A stretch of 64,000 nt of DNA from an uncultured Bacteroidales bacterium (GCA_964477095.1 CAYZDA010000002.1:42259-106258), one strand, 5' to 3'; shown: positions 9,842 to 20,046, counted from the stretch's first letter. Program-made: numbers and translations. Notes: generated by a model from the sequence alone, not told the origin.

Positions 9842-11356
9842 ATGAGTATATATCTTATTTTTACAATTGCAGCCTTTGTTTTATCATTAGCGGGTTTGTG
9901 GGGCATGTTTGAAAAAGCAGGTGAACCTGGCTGGAAGGTTCTGGTCCCATTTTACAATTTCTATATCTGGCTAAAGATCATTGAAAAACCCATGTGGTGG
10001 TATATCTTTTTGCTGATACCCTTCATTAATGTTTTTACCATTATGCTTATGGTGGTGGAATTTCTGAAAAATTTCCGGAAGTTCGGTCTGGGACAGCAGG
10101 CACTGGCTGTGCTTTTTCCTTTTGTGTATCTCCCCTACCTGGGCTTCTCCAGAAAAGAAACCTTTACTCCCACCCACGACCTTCCAAAAGTTAAGAAATC
10201 CTGGGCCAGAGAATGGGTGGATGCCATCATTTTTGCAGTTATAGCGGCCACTATCATCCGCACCTTTCTTATCGAAGCCTATACCATTCCCACTTCTTCC
10301 ATGGAAAAATCCATGCTGGTGGGTGATTTCCTGTTCGTAAGTAAAGTGGCCTACGGCCCTAAGGTGCCCAATACTCCCATTGCATTTCCCTTTGTTCATC
10401 ATACGCTGCCACTTACAAAAACCACTAAATCATATCTTGAATGGATAAAACTCCCTTATTATCGCTTTCCGGGCCTGGATGAAATAGAAGAGCGTGACGT
10501 AGTTGTGTTTAATTTCCCTGCCGGGGATACGGTAGCCACAAAACTGCCGGCTCAAACCTATTATTCACTGGTAAGGCATTATGGCAGAGACATTATACAT
10601 AATAACCCGCAACAGTTTGGTGATATTGTTTACAGACCGGTGGACAAACGTGAAAACTACGTAAAACGCTGTACCGGCCTGCCAGGGCAAACCCTGGAAA
10701 TAAAAGACCGGATGGTCTATATCAACGGGGAAAAGCAGCAGCTGCCGGATAACGCACAGTTTAGTTATGTGGCGCTTACTAAAGGCACTCCCATTAATCA
10801 GAATACTCTGGAAAAATATGACATCACTGAAGGAAAAATGCTGGATGGAACATATAGCAGGTATGAACTGATTATGACTGAGGAAAGCAGACAAAAAATG
10901 GAAAATCTGCCTTTTATTAAAAGCATTAAGCCGGTAACACAAAAAGCCGGCAAGTGGAACCGCAGGGTTTTTCCTCATGACTCAGCCTATGCATGGAACA
11001 TCGATAACTTCGGCCCGCTGTATATTCCCAAAGCCGGGGAAACTGTGGATATTAATGCTGAAAATATAGTGCTGTATGAGCGAATCATTGAAGCCTACGA
11101 GCATAATGAGCTGGAAGTACGCAACGGCCAGGTTTTCATCAACGGCAAACAAAGCGATACTTACACCTTTGAAATGGACTATTACTGGATGATGGGCGAC
11201 AACCGCCATAATTCACTTGATTCAAGATTCTGGGGGTTTGTACCTATGGATCATATCGTGGGTAAAGCTTCTTTTGTATGGCTCTCGCTTGACTATAACA
11301 AACGCGGCCTGTTCAGCAAGATCAGGTTTAATAAGATGTTCCGTGTTGTAAAATAA
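9842..11356 (+). CDS. lepB: signal peptidase I with an N-terminal multi-TM (DUF5684-like) extension
   Basis: PTSSMEKSMLVGDF (catalytic Ser box), YVKRCTGLPG (Lys box) and GDNRHNSLDSRFWGFV. 504 aa, the long Bacteroidota type. Confidence 0.85.
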   Translation: MSIYLIFTIAAFVLSLAGLWGMFEKAGEPGWKVLVPFYNFYIWLKIIEKPMWWYIFLLIPFINVFTIMLMVVEFLKNFRKFGLGQQALAVLFPFVYLPYLGFSRKETFTPTHDLPKVKKSWAREWVDAIIFAVIAATIIRTFLIEAYTIPTSSMEKSMLVGDFLFVSKVAYGPKVPNTPIAFPFVHHTLPLTKTTKSYLEWIKLPYYRFPGLDEIEERDVVVFNFPAGDTVATKLPAQTYYSLVRHYGRDIIHNNPQQFGDIVYRPVDKRENYVKRCTGLPGQTLEIKDRMVYINGEKQQLPDNAQFSYVALTKGTPINQNTLEKYDITEGKMLDGTYSRYELIMTEESRQKMENLPFIKSIKPVTQKAGKWNRRVFPHDSAYAWNIDNFGPLYIPKAGETVDINAENIVLYERIIEAYEHNELEVRNGQVFINGKQSDTYTFEMDYYWMMGDNRHNSLDSRFWGFVPMDHIVGKASFVWLSLDYNKRGLFSKIRFNKMFRVVK

Positions 11357-11382
11357 CAACCTTCGGAATTGATTAAAAAACT

Positions 11383-11775
11383 TTAGGTTTCCGGCAGCTT
11401 CACTGCCTGCTCCTTGACCTCATCCTCGGTGATATCCAAACGATCACGCACTTCCTTGTAAAGCTCGTGCTCTTTTGAATGGATATCCCCGTCAGCGAGC
11501 ATTACCCTGTTCATCCAGGCCAGTGCCCTTACCTGCTCCTCATGTGTGCATTTACGGATAATGTCCAGTGTCTTGTTCAGTTGCTCTTCCTTAGTACCCA
11601 GATCAGACATGATAAAACGGTCAAAGTCTTTAGCTGTGATCTTCTCATGTTTACGCATGGCTTGCATGGTTTGCCATTCCGGATCATCCTTGTCGAATTC
11701 CTTTTCACCGTCAGCACCAGCCATTAACCAGTAAAGGTATAAAAGGGATGTTTTGTAGTTCAAATGTTCTTGCAT
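11383..11775 (-). CDS. TerB-like (tellurite-resistance-fold) hypothetical protein
   Basis: 130 aa, all-helical. LLYLYWLMAGADGEKE ... MLADGDIHSKEHELY resembles the paired ADG/E repeats of TerB-family proteins. Tentative. Confidence 0.4.
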   Translation of the reverse strand: MQEHLNYKTSLLYLYWLMAGADGEKEFDKDDPEWQTMQAMRKHEKITAKDFDRFIMSDLGTKEEQLNKTLDIIRKCTHEEQVRALAWMNRVMLADGDIHSKEHELYKEVRDRLDITEDEVKEQAVKLPET

Positions 11776-12526
11776 ATCTAAATGGATTGGAATTAAAATA
11801 TGAGTTTTACATCTAAATATTATAAACGCAAGTGTTTGAATAAAAGTTCACAAAAAAACCATTATGTCTGCTGTCAGTAGTGAGTACGTATGAGGCTCTT
11901 CAGAGGTTTATATCAAACACTGAATGCTTTTTATCGAATTATTTGGATTTACTTCTGTGCTTTATTACACTCACTATGGAACTAATACCAAAATAATCAG
12001 TTATTCGCATAAAAAATGAAGCATTCAGGCAACAGCACCCGTGTATAAAAGGAGATGGGTTCTTTCATTTCAGGCAGGAATAATATCAGTTAATAACAGG
12101 CACACCAGGCTAAAATAAGGATTAAGGCAACAACTGAGGTTTCCGGCAACGAAATCGCATCCGAAGTTGCCGCCGGCAATATTTGTGAACCGGATGTGGC
12201 GGAACTTAACCTCATCATCCGCTATGCCGCCAAAAGCACAGGCGAGCACGGCAATCAGGAAATTTTTAGCACCTCCGGACAATACATATCTGAACAAAGC
12301 TTACATACAGGCGTTTCTTAATCTGAAAGACAAATATAATACCGTTTTACCGGGGATTTCAAAAACACCGGTCAGAAGCTGCTGACAAACCCTGCCCGGT
12401 AAGTGTTGATCGAAGTGGATGATTATCTCATTCTGATCATTAACGGTAAGAATAAAGCATTTTTTTGAGAAGCACCTGGCATTAACCAGTGAGGTATTTA
12501 CTGAAACAGAATCAAACTATAATCAT

Positions 12527-13558
12527 ATGAAATCTAAACTAATAATCCTAAGTGTTTTGCTGGCGCTTGCCGGACAATCAATACAGGCTCAAAAGCTCTC
12601 CACGCTTCGCATGGTAACCGGTGCCGATGGTGGGTACTATGAGGCTATGGGGCGTGATCTTAAGGAAATATTCGAGCCTGTGAAACGAGTGAACGTGAGT
12701 GAGGACTGGGAGTATAATTATGATGATTCGGGAGAAGTTGTTGATAGCACACTGGAGAAAGACAGCACGGCAGCCTCCGCTCAGATATTTGAAATGTTCG
12801 TTTCGCGCGGCTCCTATGATAATTACCAGCGGCTAATAGCCAATGATTTCGACATGGGATTTGTACAGTACGACATCCTGCGTAATGAATTTATTAAAGA
12901 AATAGATGCCCGCTACAAGCGAACCGAGCAGATAAAGTTGCTTCTACCCATGGGCTATGAACAGATACACTTAATTGTGAGAAAGGATTCCGATATTGAC
13001 ACCATCGGAGACCTGAAGAATAAAAAAGTGGCCGTAGGTAATTCCCTGCAGGGCACTCATTACACTGCAGGGATTTTACAGGATGCCCTTGGCATTGAAT
13101 GGATTCCCCGGCCCATTGACCTGGAGCACTCCATCAAATCATTTGTAAATAACCGCCTGGATGCTATAATTTTTGTGGGTGCTGCTCCTGTTGATATTTT
13201 CGCTATGTTTCAAAGGTATCATATCGCAGATCAGGTTAAAATGCTTTCCATACCGGAAAATGAAAAGCTCAGCAAATTTTATGGTGAACGTACGGTTATT
13301 CCGGCGTCGGCCTATGAATGGCTCGACAGGGATATCCACACCTATAGTGTAAGCACAGTGCTGGTAACCTCAGGAGATTTCAGTATCAGCGAAACTGAAA
13401 TGCTCAACCTCTTCATGAAAACATTGAGTACCAATCTGAAAACACTAAAAAACGAGGACAAATATCACCCGGGCTGGAAGGAAGTAAGCTTTAAGGAAGA
13501 CCCTCAAATCCTGTGGGACTACCACGAGGTGGCAAAAAAATACATCAAAAAAGAATAG
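12527..13558 (+). CDS. TAXI-family (TRAP-type) periplasmic solute-binding protein-like
   Basis: Signal peptide. TGADGGYYEAMGRDL and later ...VAVGNSLQGTHYTA... resemble TAXI/NMT1-like binding proteins. No adjacent permease. Confidence 0.5.
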   Translation: MKSKLIILSVLLALAGQSIQAQKLSTLRMVTGADGGYYEAMGRDLKEIFEPVKRVNVSEDWEYNYDDSGEVVDSTLEKDSTAASAQIFEMFVSRGSYDNYQRLIANDFDMGFVQYDILRNEFIKEIDARYKRTEQIKLLLPMGYEQIHLIVRKDSDIDTIGDLKNKKVAVGNSLQGTHYTAGILQDALGIEWIPRPIDLEHSIKSFVNNRLDAIIFVGAAPVDIFAMFQRYHIADQVKMLSIPENEKLSKFYGERTVIPASAYEWLDRDIHTYSVSTVLVTSGDFSISETEMLNLFMKTLSTNLKTLKNEDKYHPGWKEVSFKEDPQILWDYHEVAKKYIKKE

Positions 13559-13691
13559 GAGATTTGCTTCCGCAGGTGAAGTATAAAAAAAAAGCTGCCC
13601 ATACAGCTAAAGACCGGCCGTTCAATGTCAGTCTTTTGTATTTTTTAGTAAACTGTAATCGAGATTTTTTTTAGAAAAAAGTGCAAAAAAG

Positions 13692-13722
13692 TTTGCAGGA
13701 ATGAAAAACTGTATTATTTTTG
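13692..13722 (+). promoter_or_regulatory. Bacteroidota-type promoter for tRNA-Asp
   Basis: TTTG (13692-13695), a 19-nt spacer, then TATTTTTG (13715-13722), which matches the TAnnTTTG -7 consensus. It lies about 37 nt upstream of the tRNA 5' end. Confidence 0.45.
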
Positions 13723-13758
13723 CAATCGCTTTGATAAAGCAACGTTCGTTAAAAATCT

Positions 13759-13832
13759 GGTCTGGTAGTTCAGTTGGTTAGAATGCCGGCCTGTCACGCC
13801 GGAGGTCGCGAGTTCGAGTCTCGTCCAGACCG
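13759..13832 (+). tRNA. tRNA-Asp (anticodon GUC)
   Basis: Hand-folded cloverleaf: acceptor GGTCTGG/CCAGACC, D arm GTTC..GAAT, anticodon stem CCGGC/GCCGG with loop CTGTCAC, T arm GCGAG-TTCGAGT-CTCGT, discriminator G. CCA is not encoded. Confidence 0.92.
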
Positions 13833-13842
13833 CAGATATAAA

Positions 13843-13870
13843 AGCCCGCAGGAATCCTGCGGGCTTTTTT
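13843..13870 (+). terminator. intrinsic terminator after tRNA-Asp
   Basis: AGCCCGCAGG / CCTGCGGGCT perfect stem followed by TTTTTT. Confidence 0.7.
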
Positions 13871-14730
13871 CATTTATTGGTTCTTGAATGCATGTCTGCT
13901 TGATTATCCTAAAAACAGTTATTGGATATTAACAGGAAATGGGAAAGTAGCCTGTCGCGCATAAAAATGATCCCGTAATTACACACTGATCTTCCAGTAT
14001 TGATCTCGATCAGCTTTGCTAAGCTCACAAAAAACCAGATCTTATAATAAAATTTCACTCCAATTAAAATTAGCAGTAAATCCTGACACAATATTATTAC
14101 TTTTATCAGTTATCTAATTCAATATCTACCATTTTACTATTTTGAAAAATTGCAATTATTCAGGATGACGGCATATGTCTCAATATGATATTCATTCCAG
14201 GGTAAAGCATTATTTCCCAAAATAATACAAGGATCCCATTTTTAGCAATCTCATGTTTTGCTCATACCTTACTCATACCTCACTCGTACCATTCTCAAGT
14301 AAAATTCTTGTCTGCCGGCAGCGGATTTGGAGAAAGCACGAACAAGGTATGAGGAAAACATGAAGATATCTTTTCCCAAAAACACAAAGAACAAAGATCA
14401 AAGAAGAAACCGAAAGCATCATATCTATTGGTTCTGTATTTTTCACGCCTATCGTTCAGGTGCCTGTATCCTCTCATGACCAGCCAAGCTGACTGTGACC
14501 CAGAGATACAAAAAATGAAATTATTATTCCAGCAAAAAAGAATAAAAAAAATTGCCCGATAAAAACCAATCGTTATTTTTGTTAAGGATATTTCAAGTCG
14601 CCATTGTCACTCAGCAGATCGCTCCACTGTAATTGAGGGAGCGGAGCTTTGTCAGTAACTAAAAGACTGTAATTTGATTACAACACGTACAATCATAGTA
14701 TGCAAACAAAATATGCTTAAATAAACAGAT

Positions 14731-15816
14731 ATGAAAAAGTCAGAAAGCGTCCAGAAAAAAATTGAAACTGTATTTAGGCAACAGGTAAAGAATGATGAAA
14801 AAGTAAAAAATGCTTACCTGCTTGTTCAATCTGCCAAACTGGGAATTGACATAAACATAGCCGAAGGCCAGACAGGTGAAATGCAGGCAAACCCTAAGCA
14901 GGCCAACCATTTGGCCTCAGTTGGCAAATTGTTTACAGCCACTGCTGTAAGTATGCTGCATGATCAAGGTTTGCTGGCGTTTAATGACAAAATAAAAGAC
15001 TATCTGGATGCTGACCTGATGCGCAATTTACATGTTTATAAGGGTAAAGATTATTCCGGTGATATCAGCATCAAGCATTTATTAAAACAAACATCCGGCT
15101 TGAATGATGTATTTTTTCCCTTATTGAAAAAAATGACGAATGACCCTGCACTTGAAATGACGGTGAGAGAGGCTCTGGAATGGGGAAAAGCGAATCAAAA
15201 ACCTGTTGCCAGGCCTGGCCAAAAGCATGTTTATAATGACACAAATTATTACCTGCTGGGGTTGATCATAGAAACCATCACTAAAAAACCTTTTCACGAA
15301 GCAGTTCATGAAATGATCCTTGAGCCGTTAGGTATGGATAATTCCTATATAAACGGTTATTCGGAACCAAAGAACAAACCCCGGTTTCCACCGGCGCACA
15401 TCTATCTATCCAACATCAATTTTATAGAGGATAAAAGAATAGCAAAGATTGACTACGCAGGAGGTGGTGTGGTGGCTCCTCTGAGCGAATTCCTCATATT
15501 TATGAAAGCATTGGCAAATGGTAAACTGGTAAAGGAATCCACCTTAAATCAAATGATTAATGACGATGTAAAAATGGGATTCCCGGTTTTAGGTTTTGAC
15601 TATGGTTATTCAATATGGAAGCCCAGAGCCATACCGGTATTGATGCCCGAAAAGTTTTTTTGCTGGGGCTGCGTGGGTGTTACCGGAGCTTTTTTGTTTT
15701 ACCACCCGCGAACTGAAGCTTATGTTGCAGGTACATTTAATGACCAATCCTACACCTCTAAAGCATTGAGATTTATGCTCATGAAAGTGATTAAACCATT
15801 ACTGGATGTTAACTAA
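14731..15816 (+). CDS. serine hydrolase of the beta-lactamase/PBP fold (class C-like)
   Basis: 361 aa. SxxK motif in LASVGKLFTATAV, followed by ...HLLKQTSGL... and YNDTNYYLLG, typical of the AmpC-related esterase/transpeptidase family. Confidence 0.75.
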   Translation: MKKSESVQKKIETVFRQQVKNDEKVKNAYLLVQSAKLGIDINIAEGQTGEMQANPKQANHLASVGKLFTATAVSMLHDQGLLAFNDKIKDYLDADLMRNLHVYKGKDYSGDISIKHLLKQTSGLNDVFFPLLKKMTNDPALEMTVREALEWGKANQKPVARPGQKHVYNDTNYYLLGLIIETITKKPFHEAVHEMILEPLGMDNSYINGYSEPKNKPRFPPAHIYLSNINFIEDKRIAKIDYAGGGVVAPLSEFLIFMKALANGKLVKESTLNQMINDDVKMGFPVLGFDYGYSIWKPRAIPVLMPEKFFCWGCVGVTGAFLFYHPRTEAYVAGTFNDQSYTSKALRFMLMKVIKPLLDVN

Positions 15817-15918
15817 ATCCATGAGTAACAAAACAGCATTAAAAGGACATTTATAGAAAAAACTGTAAATAAACTCAGATTTATTTTACATTAATATTTA
15901 TCTAAAACATTATATTTT

Positions 15919-16527
15919 ATGAAAAAACAAGCACTTACAGCAGTATTTCTTTTATCATTGATCATTTCAATGAGTTCCTGCAGCAAGGATGACGACTGCG
16001 TGGAATCGACATGGTATGAAGACAGCGACAACGATGGATTTGGTAATCCTGAAGTGACAAAATTATCCTGTGATCAGCCTGCAAATTTTGTGGCAAACTC
16101 CAGTGATGTTGATGATACTGATCCCAATCTAAATCCGAATACGGTATGGCAGGGACCAAAAATCACATTCACAAAAGAGAATTATGCCGACTGGACCCAG
16201 GAAGCGAATCAGGACAGAATAACTGATAATGTCTGGATTACACGGAAGGACAAAAAAGGTATATTCAATATCGTTACTGAAACTTCATATTCTGATTTTG
16301 TGTCCCCTGCTGATACGGAGTGGGCAATTGGCACCACAGCTGAAATATCAGATTTAACTTTTCTGAGCTGGGAAGATGCCAGCGGAAGTGAACCTCCGGC
16401 TTTAGTTAATCAGGATATGGTTGTTCATTTGATCAAAGACAATCTTTACCTGGATATCAAATTCACTTCCTGGCAATCCGGTGGGCAGGGAGGCGGGTTT
16501 TCCTATGAGCGCTCAACAAAAAATTGA
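15919..16527 (+). CDS. lipoprotein with an acidic DxDxDGxG-type putative metal-binding motif
   Basis: Lipobox (ISMSSC). EDSDNDGFGNP motif and C-terminal GGQGGGFSYER. Confidence 0.55.
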   Translation: MKKQALTAVFLLSLIISMSSCSKDDDCVESTWYEDSDNDGFGNPEVTKLSCDQPANFVANSSDVDDTDPNLNPNTVWQGPKITFTKENYADWTQEANQDRITDNVWITRKDKKGIFNIVTETSYSDFVSPADTEWAIGTTAEISDLTFLSWEDASGSEPPALVNQDMVVHLIKDNLYLDIKFTSWQSGGQGGGFSYERSTKN

Positions 16528-16611
16528 TGCTAATATTTGAGGTAATTACCTCCTGAAAAAGCAGCAGTATAATTTGGATTTGCTCTATTTTTGTACCAAA
16601 ACATACAAAAA

Positions 16612-17076
16612 ATGAAAGAGTACATTATTTTCAGCGGGTTATTTTTTATCATACACCTGGCCTGTTATATTGTGGCGGGGGTGATTGACCTTCAATTAGC
16701 AAAAAAGATATATGCCGGCAAAAACCGCCTGTTTAAATCCTTTTTCCGGGATATGGATATTGAAACAGAGAGGCTCCGCATTGGCAGATTACTTCTTCCT
16801 TCACAGTTCGCCAGAGCTATATTAATGTCATTGGTGCTTTATCCCATACTGCCATTTATTAAAGAACTAACATTTGGAGTACAGTTTATTTTTATGGGAT
16901 CACTGATGTTTGTATATGCCGATTTTGCCAGTGCCATTCCATTTTCCAATACGATTGAAGGTATTGTTTATCTGAAAAAGCAATACGTTGAAAGAAAAGT
17001 TTTCTGGACTATCCAGTTTGAAGCAATAATGTACAGCCTGTTATTTGGATTATTATCCGCCTGGCTTCTTATTTAG
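16612..17076 (+). CDS. hypothetical multi-pass membrane protein
   Basis: About 4 predicted hydrophobic helices. The likely ATG is at 16612 within ORF 16591..17076. TATTTTTG (-7-like box) lies just upstream. Confidence 0.45.
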   Translation: MKEYIIFSGLFFIIHLACYIVAGVIDLQLAKKIYAGKNRLFKSFFRDMDIETERLRIGRLLLPSQFARAILMSLVLYPILPFIKELTFGVQFIFMGSLMFVYADFASAIPFSNTIEGIVYLKKQYVERKVFWTIQFEAIMYSLLFGLLSAWLLI

Positions 17077-17110
17077 CTGTGGAGTTCTAAAGCATTGAAA
17101 ATATAGCACC

Positions 17111-17887
17111 ATGGTAAATTTTTCAGAAAGATATAAAACTCTCACGGATATTGAATTAGTAAGGGTGGTTAAAAATCAGGCTGACTACCAGGCTGAGGCC
17201 GTTGAAGCAGCGAAACGTGAAATCATTCGCCGCAATCTCACTGAACAGGAGTTGGAAAAAGCGTCAGATGAACTGGAAGCCCGGCAACAGGAAAAACAAA
17301 TGCAGTATGAGCAAAGGTCTGAATATGGTGAAAAGCTAAAAAGCTTTGGTAATTCGGTCCTGGAAGTCATCATTCCATTCCGGAAATCAGCACCTACAGC
17401 AGAAAGATTGAAGCATCTGATTACAATAGTATTTGGATTAATAGCTGCCATACAAATCTTCAGCCAGTCAGGAATGATCTCATACATCTTAACTGACGAT
17501 ATACGCTACTGGGATATCAGTACTGCCGGCTACCTTTTGTCGTTGCTATTGCTTCCCACCGCTGTAATACTGTTCGCCTTAAGAAAAAAATCCGGCTGGA
17601 TATTACTTACAGCATATCTTACCTGGTCATGTATAAGCTCATTTGGTTTGATGGTCATGTTATGGTATATACAGCCATCCGGTGTAACTGCACCTGACGG
17701 GCTGCTGCCTGCCACCTCTCTCCTAACCCAAATTATCATCATACTGATTTACGGCGGTACAGTTTGGCTATTGAACAAAAAAATACTCACAGAATATTTT
17801 AATATAAGCCGGAAAACTGCTGTAATCACCATCGTGGTCACAGGAATTCCAGCCATTCTTTTTATAGCATCTTTCCTGATCACCTGA
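17111..17887 (+). CDS. hypothetical membrane protein (soluble helical N-domain plus about 5 TM helices)
   Basis: 258-aa ORF. Charged N-terminal third, hydrophobic remainder. No family recognised. Confidence 0.45.
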   Translation: MVNFSERYKTLTDIELVRVVKNQADYQAEAVEAAKREIIRRNLTEQELEKASDELEARQQEKQMQYEQRSEYGEKLKSFGNSVLEVIIPFRKSAPTAERLKHLITIVFGLIAAIQIFSQSGMISYILTDDIRYWDISTAGYLLSLLLLPTAVILFALRKKSGWILLTAYLTWSCISSFGLMVMLWYIQPSGVTAPDGLLPATSLLTQIIIILIYGGTVWLLNKKILTEYFNISRKTAVITIVVTGIPAILFIASFLIT

Positions 17888-18393
17888 AAACTATAACATA
17901 CAACCTCAGAACATGATAAAAAGGAAAAAAAGATCAAAATGGCAGCAGTTTCTAAATGGTTTATATAAAATCATTCAGTTATACTTCTTCCCTGTTTTAG
18001 GTACTCCCAATAACAGCAGGAACCGAAACACCATTTTCGACAAACACAAAAAATTCAGGCAACGGTATTAGGCAATACCGTTTAAAACATGATATCCGGA
18101 AATAACAATTTGCCCCTTAATTGAATTGATTACCTTAACAACAAAAACTGTTGGATGGTAATAAAGAGAACTAACCGGGGATGGTTTTAAAAAACTCCGC
18201 CAGCTTCCCTCCTTCGAGAAGAGGCGTCTTGAAAATAGCACGATTAAAGAAAAAGTGCAAGACAAAATAATAATTATGAATCTGAGGGTAATGAATAATA
18301 TTGTACGTTTGTATTTGCAAGGATAAGATGGACACAAACCCTGCAAATACGCATGAATATATCAGTATAAGAACGGTTTTACCTTTCTTATAA

Positions 18394-19155
18394 ATGAGTT
18401 GTGGCCAATTAAAAAAAATGAGACCTTCTTCAAATCAACTATTGATCGTTAGCTTTCTTATAAGCATAATTACCCTCACGGTTCTTGTTTATCATCGTGA
18501 ACTTAAATTGAACGACATTCATCATGACATCCTATTTTCATTCTTTCTTATTTCTTTGATTATTAGTAGTTATGGACTGTTCGCCGGAATTAAAAAAAGA
18601 AGGACAAACAGAAGGCAATGGGTAGGCATAGTGGGTAATTTGCTTTTAATAATTCCTCTTGCGATTCTTTCGTTTAAATACTTGAGATACCTCACCCAAA
18701 AACCGGATTTCGAGATTTTTAAACTTGAGAAGTTTAATTATAACAAGGCAAGTATTAATGATGGCGATAAGATAAAAATCCTATCAATCTCTGATGGTAA
18801 AGATTGTACAAAAGATGAAACCTACTACTATTCTGTTATTGGAGTAGTACAGAGAAATAAAGACACCGTGAGAATCCTGACTCCTTGCCAGGTTCTTTCA
18901 CAAAACTTTACAGATGCGACATTTAATTCTCCTGACCAATCTAAGGACAGTATTATGAATGTCGTTGGATACGAGATAAAGGGTGAAAAATATGTCATTA
19001 TTAATCAGGACTTACCTTACCAAAAAATTGACTTTAATGTAGCTATTGGAAGTCTCTCATTTAAAGACGACAAAAATGAAATTTTAAAAGAGGAATTAAA
19101 ATATAAAAACATTGACACAAATTTACTGGAAGCACCTAAGCATGAGATCAAGTAG
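18394..19155 (+). CDS. hypothetical membrane-anchored protein
   Basis: 253 aa. Three N-terminal TM helices, then a soluble Lys/Asp-rich domain. Very AT-rich codon usage. Confidence 0.45.
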   Translation: MSCGQLKKMRPSSNQLLIVSFLISIITLTVLVYHRELKLNDIHHDILFSFFLISLIISSYGLFAGIKKRRTNRRQWVGIVGNLLLIIPLAILSFKYLRYLTQKPDFEIFKLEKFNYNKASINDGDKIKILSISDGKDCTKDETYYYSVIGVVQRNKDTVRILTPCQVLSQNFTDATFNSPDQSKDSIMNVVGYEIKGEKYVIINQDLPYQKIDFNVAIGSLSFKDDKNEILKEELKYKNIDTNLLEAPKHEIK

Positions 19156-19315
19156 AAAACTGGCCACAATTTTATTCGGGTTTAGATCGATTTTTGGGCT
19201 TATTTCGGCTCTTTACATCATTTCTGCAGCTGTTTTTGCAAAATCGTTGGATGAGCCAATTTTTTCTGTTACCTTTACACAACAAACCGAAAAAGTACAA
19301 AACAGTAACGTATAG
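19112..19315 (+). CDS. small hypothetical membrane protein whose last 18 codons (including the stop) lie in repeat copy 1
   Basis: 67-aa ORF with one TM helix (FGLISALYIISAAVFA). The C-terminus FSVTFTQQTEKVQNSNV* is encoded by the 82-bp repeat. Confidence 0.3.
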   Translation: MTQIYWKHLSMRSSRKLATILFGFRSIFGLISALYIISAAVFAKSLDEPIFSVTFTQQTEKVQNSNV

Positions 19316-19343
19316 CAGTGGTTTTTAGACGGACTGACGTTAC
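19262..19343. repeat. 82-bp repeat, copy 1
   Basis: TTTTCTGTTACCTTTACAC...AGTAACGTATAGCAGTGGTTTTTAGACGGACTGACGTTAC. It is 70/82 identical (ungapped, counted by hand) to copy 2. It contains an imperfect hairpin, GTAACGT...ACGTTAC with an inner CAGT/ACTG. Confidence 0.8.
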
Positions 19344-19384
19344 CCCTATGCGGAAAAATTCCACCGTCAAAGCAACTAATTTTT

Positions 19385-19416
19385 TTTGCATAAAAGTAAA
19401 TTTATATTTACCTTTG
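19385..19416 (+). promoter_or_regulatory. Bacteroidota-type promoter of hicAB
   Basis: TTTG (19385-19388), a 20-nt spacer, then TACCTTTG (19409-19416, TAnnTTTG). It lies 32 nt upstream of the hicA ATG. Confidence 0.45.
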
Positions 19417-19447
19417 TGTTAGTTCAAATAGATAAACTGACATTTTA

Positions 19448-19642
19448 ATGAAATGTTCAGAATTGTATAGACTTTTGACTAAAGATGGATGGTATGCAGT
19501 ATCTCAAAAAGGGTCACATGTGAAAATGAGACATGATTTAAAACCTGGATTGATAATTTTTCCAGATCATGGATCACAGGAAGTTGGTAAGGGATTGGAG
19601 AAAAAGATACTTAAAGACGCAGGAATTAACAAAAAAAGTTAG
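19448..19642 (+). CDS. hicA: HicA-family mRNA-interferase toxin
   Basis: 64 aa. ...LLTKDGWYAVSQKGSHVKMRH...IIFPDHGSQEVGKGLEKKILKDAGI fits the YcfA/HicA pattern (GSH..., P.H, K.aG). Confidence 0.85.
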   Translation: MKCSELYRLLTKDGWYAVSQKGSHVKMRHDLKPGLIIFPDHGSQEVGKGLEKKILKDAGINKKS

Positions 19643-20046
19643 TGACTATGAAAAAACTAAAAGAGAAAATAAAATTAATCGTCGAAAAGACAGATACTGG
19701 ATTCTCCTGTTATTCTGAAGATTATCCAATATTTACGACAGGAAAAACAATTCCGGATTTGATGGCGAATTCATTTGAATCTGCGACTCTGTATTTCGAA
19801 GACGAGGGGATTGAAGTTAAACATTCTGACCTTCAATTTGAGGTAGATTTTCAGCAATTCTTTCAATATTACAAGGTGATAAACTCAAAATACCTGGCAA
19901 AAAAGATTGGCATGAATCCAACCTTGTTGAGTCAGTACGTGCAAGGACATAAAAAACCTTCGGAAAACCAGACTGAAAAGATTTTATATGGAATTCATCA
20001 AATTGGTCAGGAATTATCAGAAATGAATTTGATTTTCAGAAAATAA
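19642..20046 (+). CDS. hicB: HicB-like antitoxin with a C-terminal HTH
   Basis: Abuts the hicA stop (GTG at 19642, or ATG at 19648). The N-terminus (EKTDTGFSCYSEDYPIFTTGKTIPD) is HicB-fold-like. The C-terminus (LAKKIGMNPTLLSQYVQGHKKPSENQ) is an XRE-type HTH. Confidence 0.75.
   Translation: MTMKKLKEKIKLIVEKTDTGFSCYSEDYPIFTTGKTIPDLMANSFESATLYFEDEGIEVKHSDLQFEVDFQQFFQYYKVINSKYLAKKIGMNPTLLSQYVQGHKKPSENQTEKILYGIHQIGQELSEMNLIFRK

Noticed and set aside
12097-12318. A stop-bounded 74-codon plus-strand frame (…EVSGNEIASEVAAGNICEPDVAELNLIIRYAAKSTGEHGNQEIF…) inside the 750-nt gap before the TAXI-like gene, possibly a gene remnant.
   Set aside because: It has no ATG, and only an internal GTG giving about 42 aa. 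No family is recognised. Two other frames are open over the same GC-richer patch, which argues for a compositional artefact. It cannot be supported as a feature.
14653-14669. Possible degenerate extra copies of the 82-bp repeat: CAGTAACTAAAAGACTG at 14653-14669 and AGTAACT...AGACCCGACCTACG at 21923-21957.
   Set aside because: Only the AGTAAC / AGAC(TG) skeleton is shared. The identity is too low to distinguish from chance, so these were not counted as copies.
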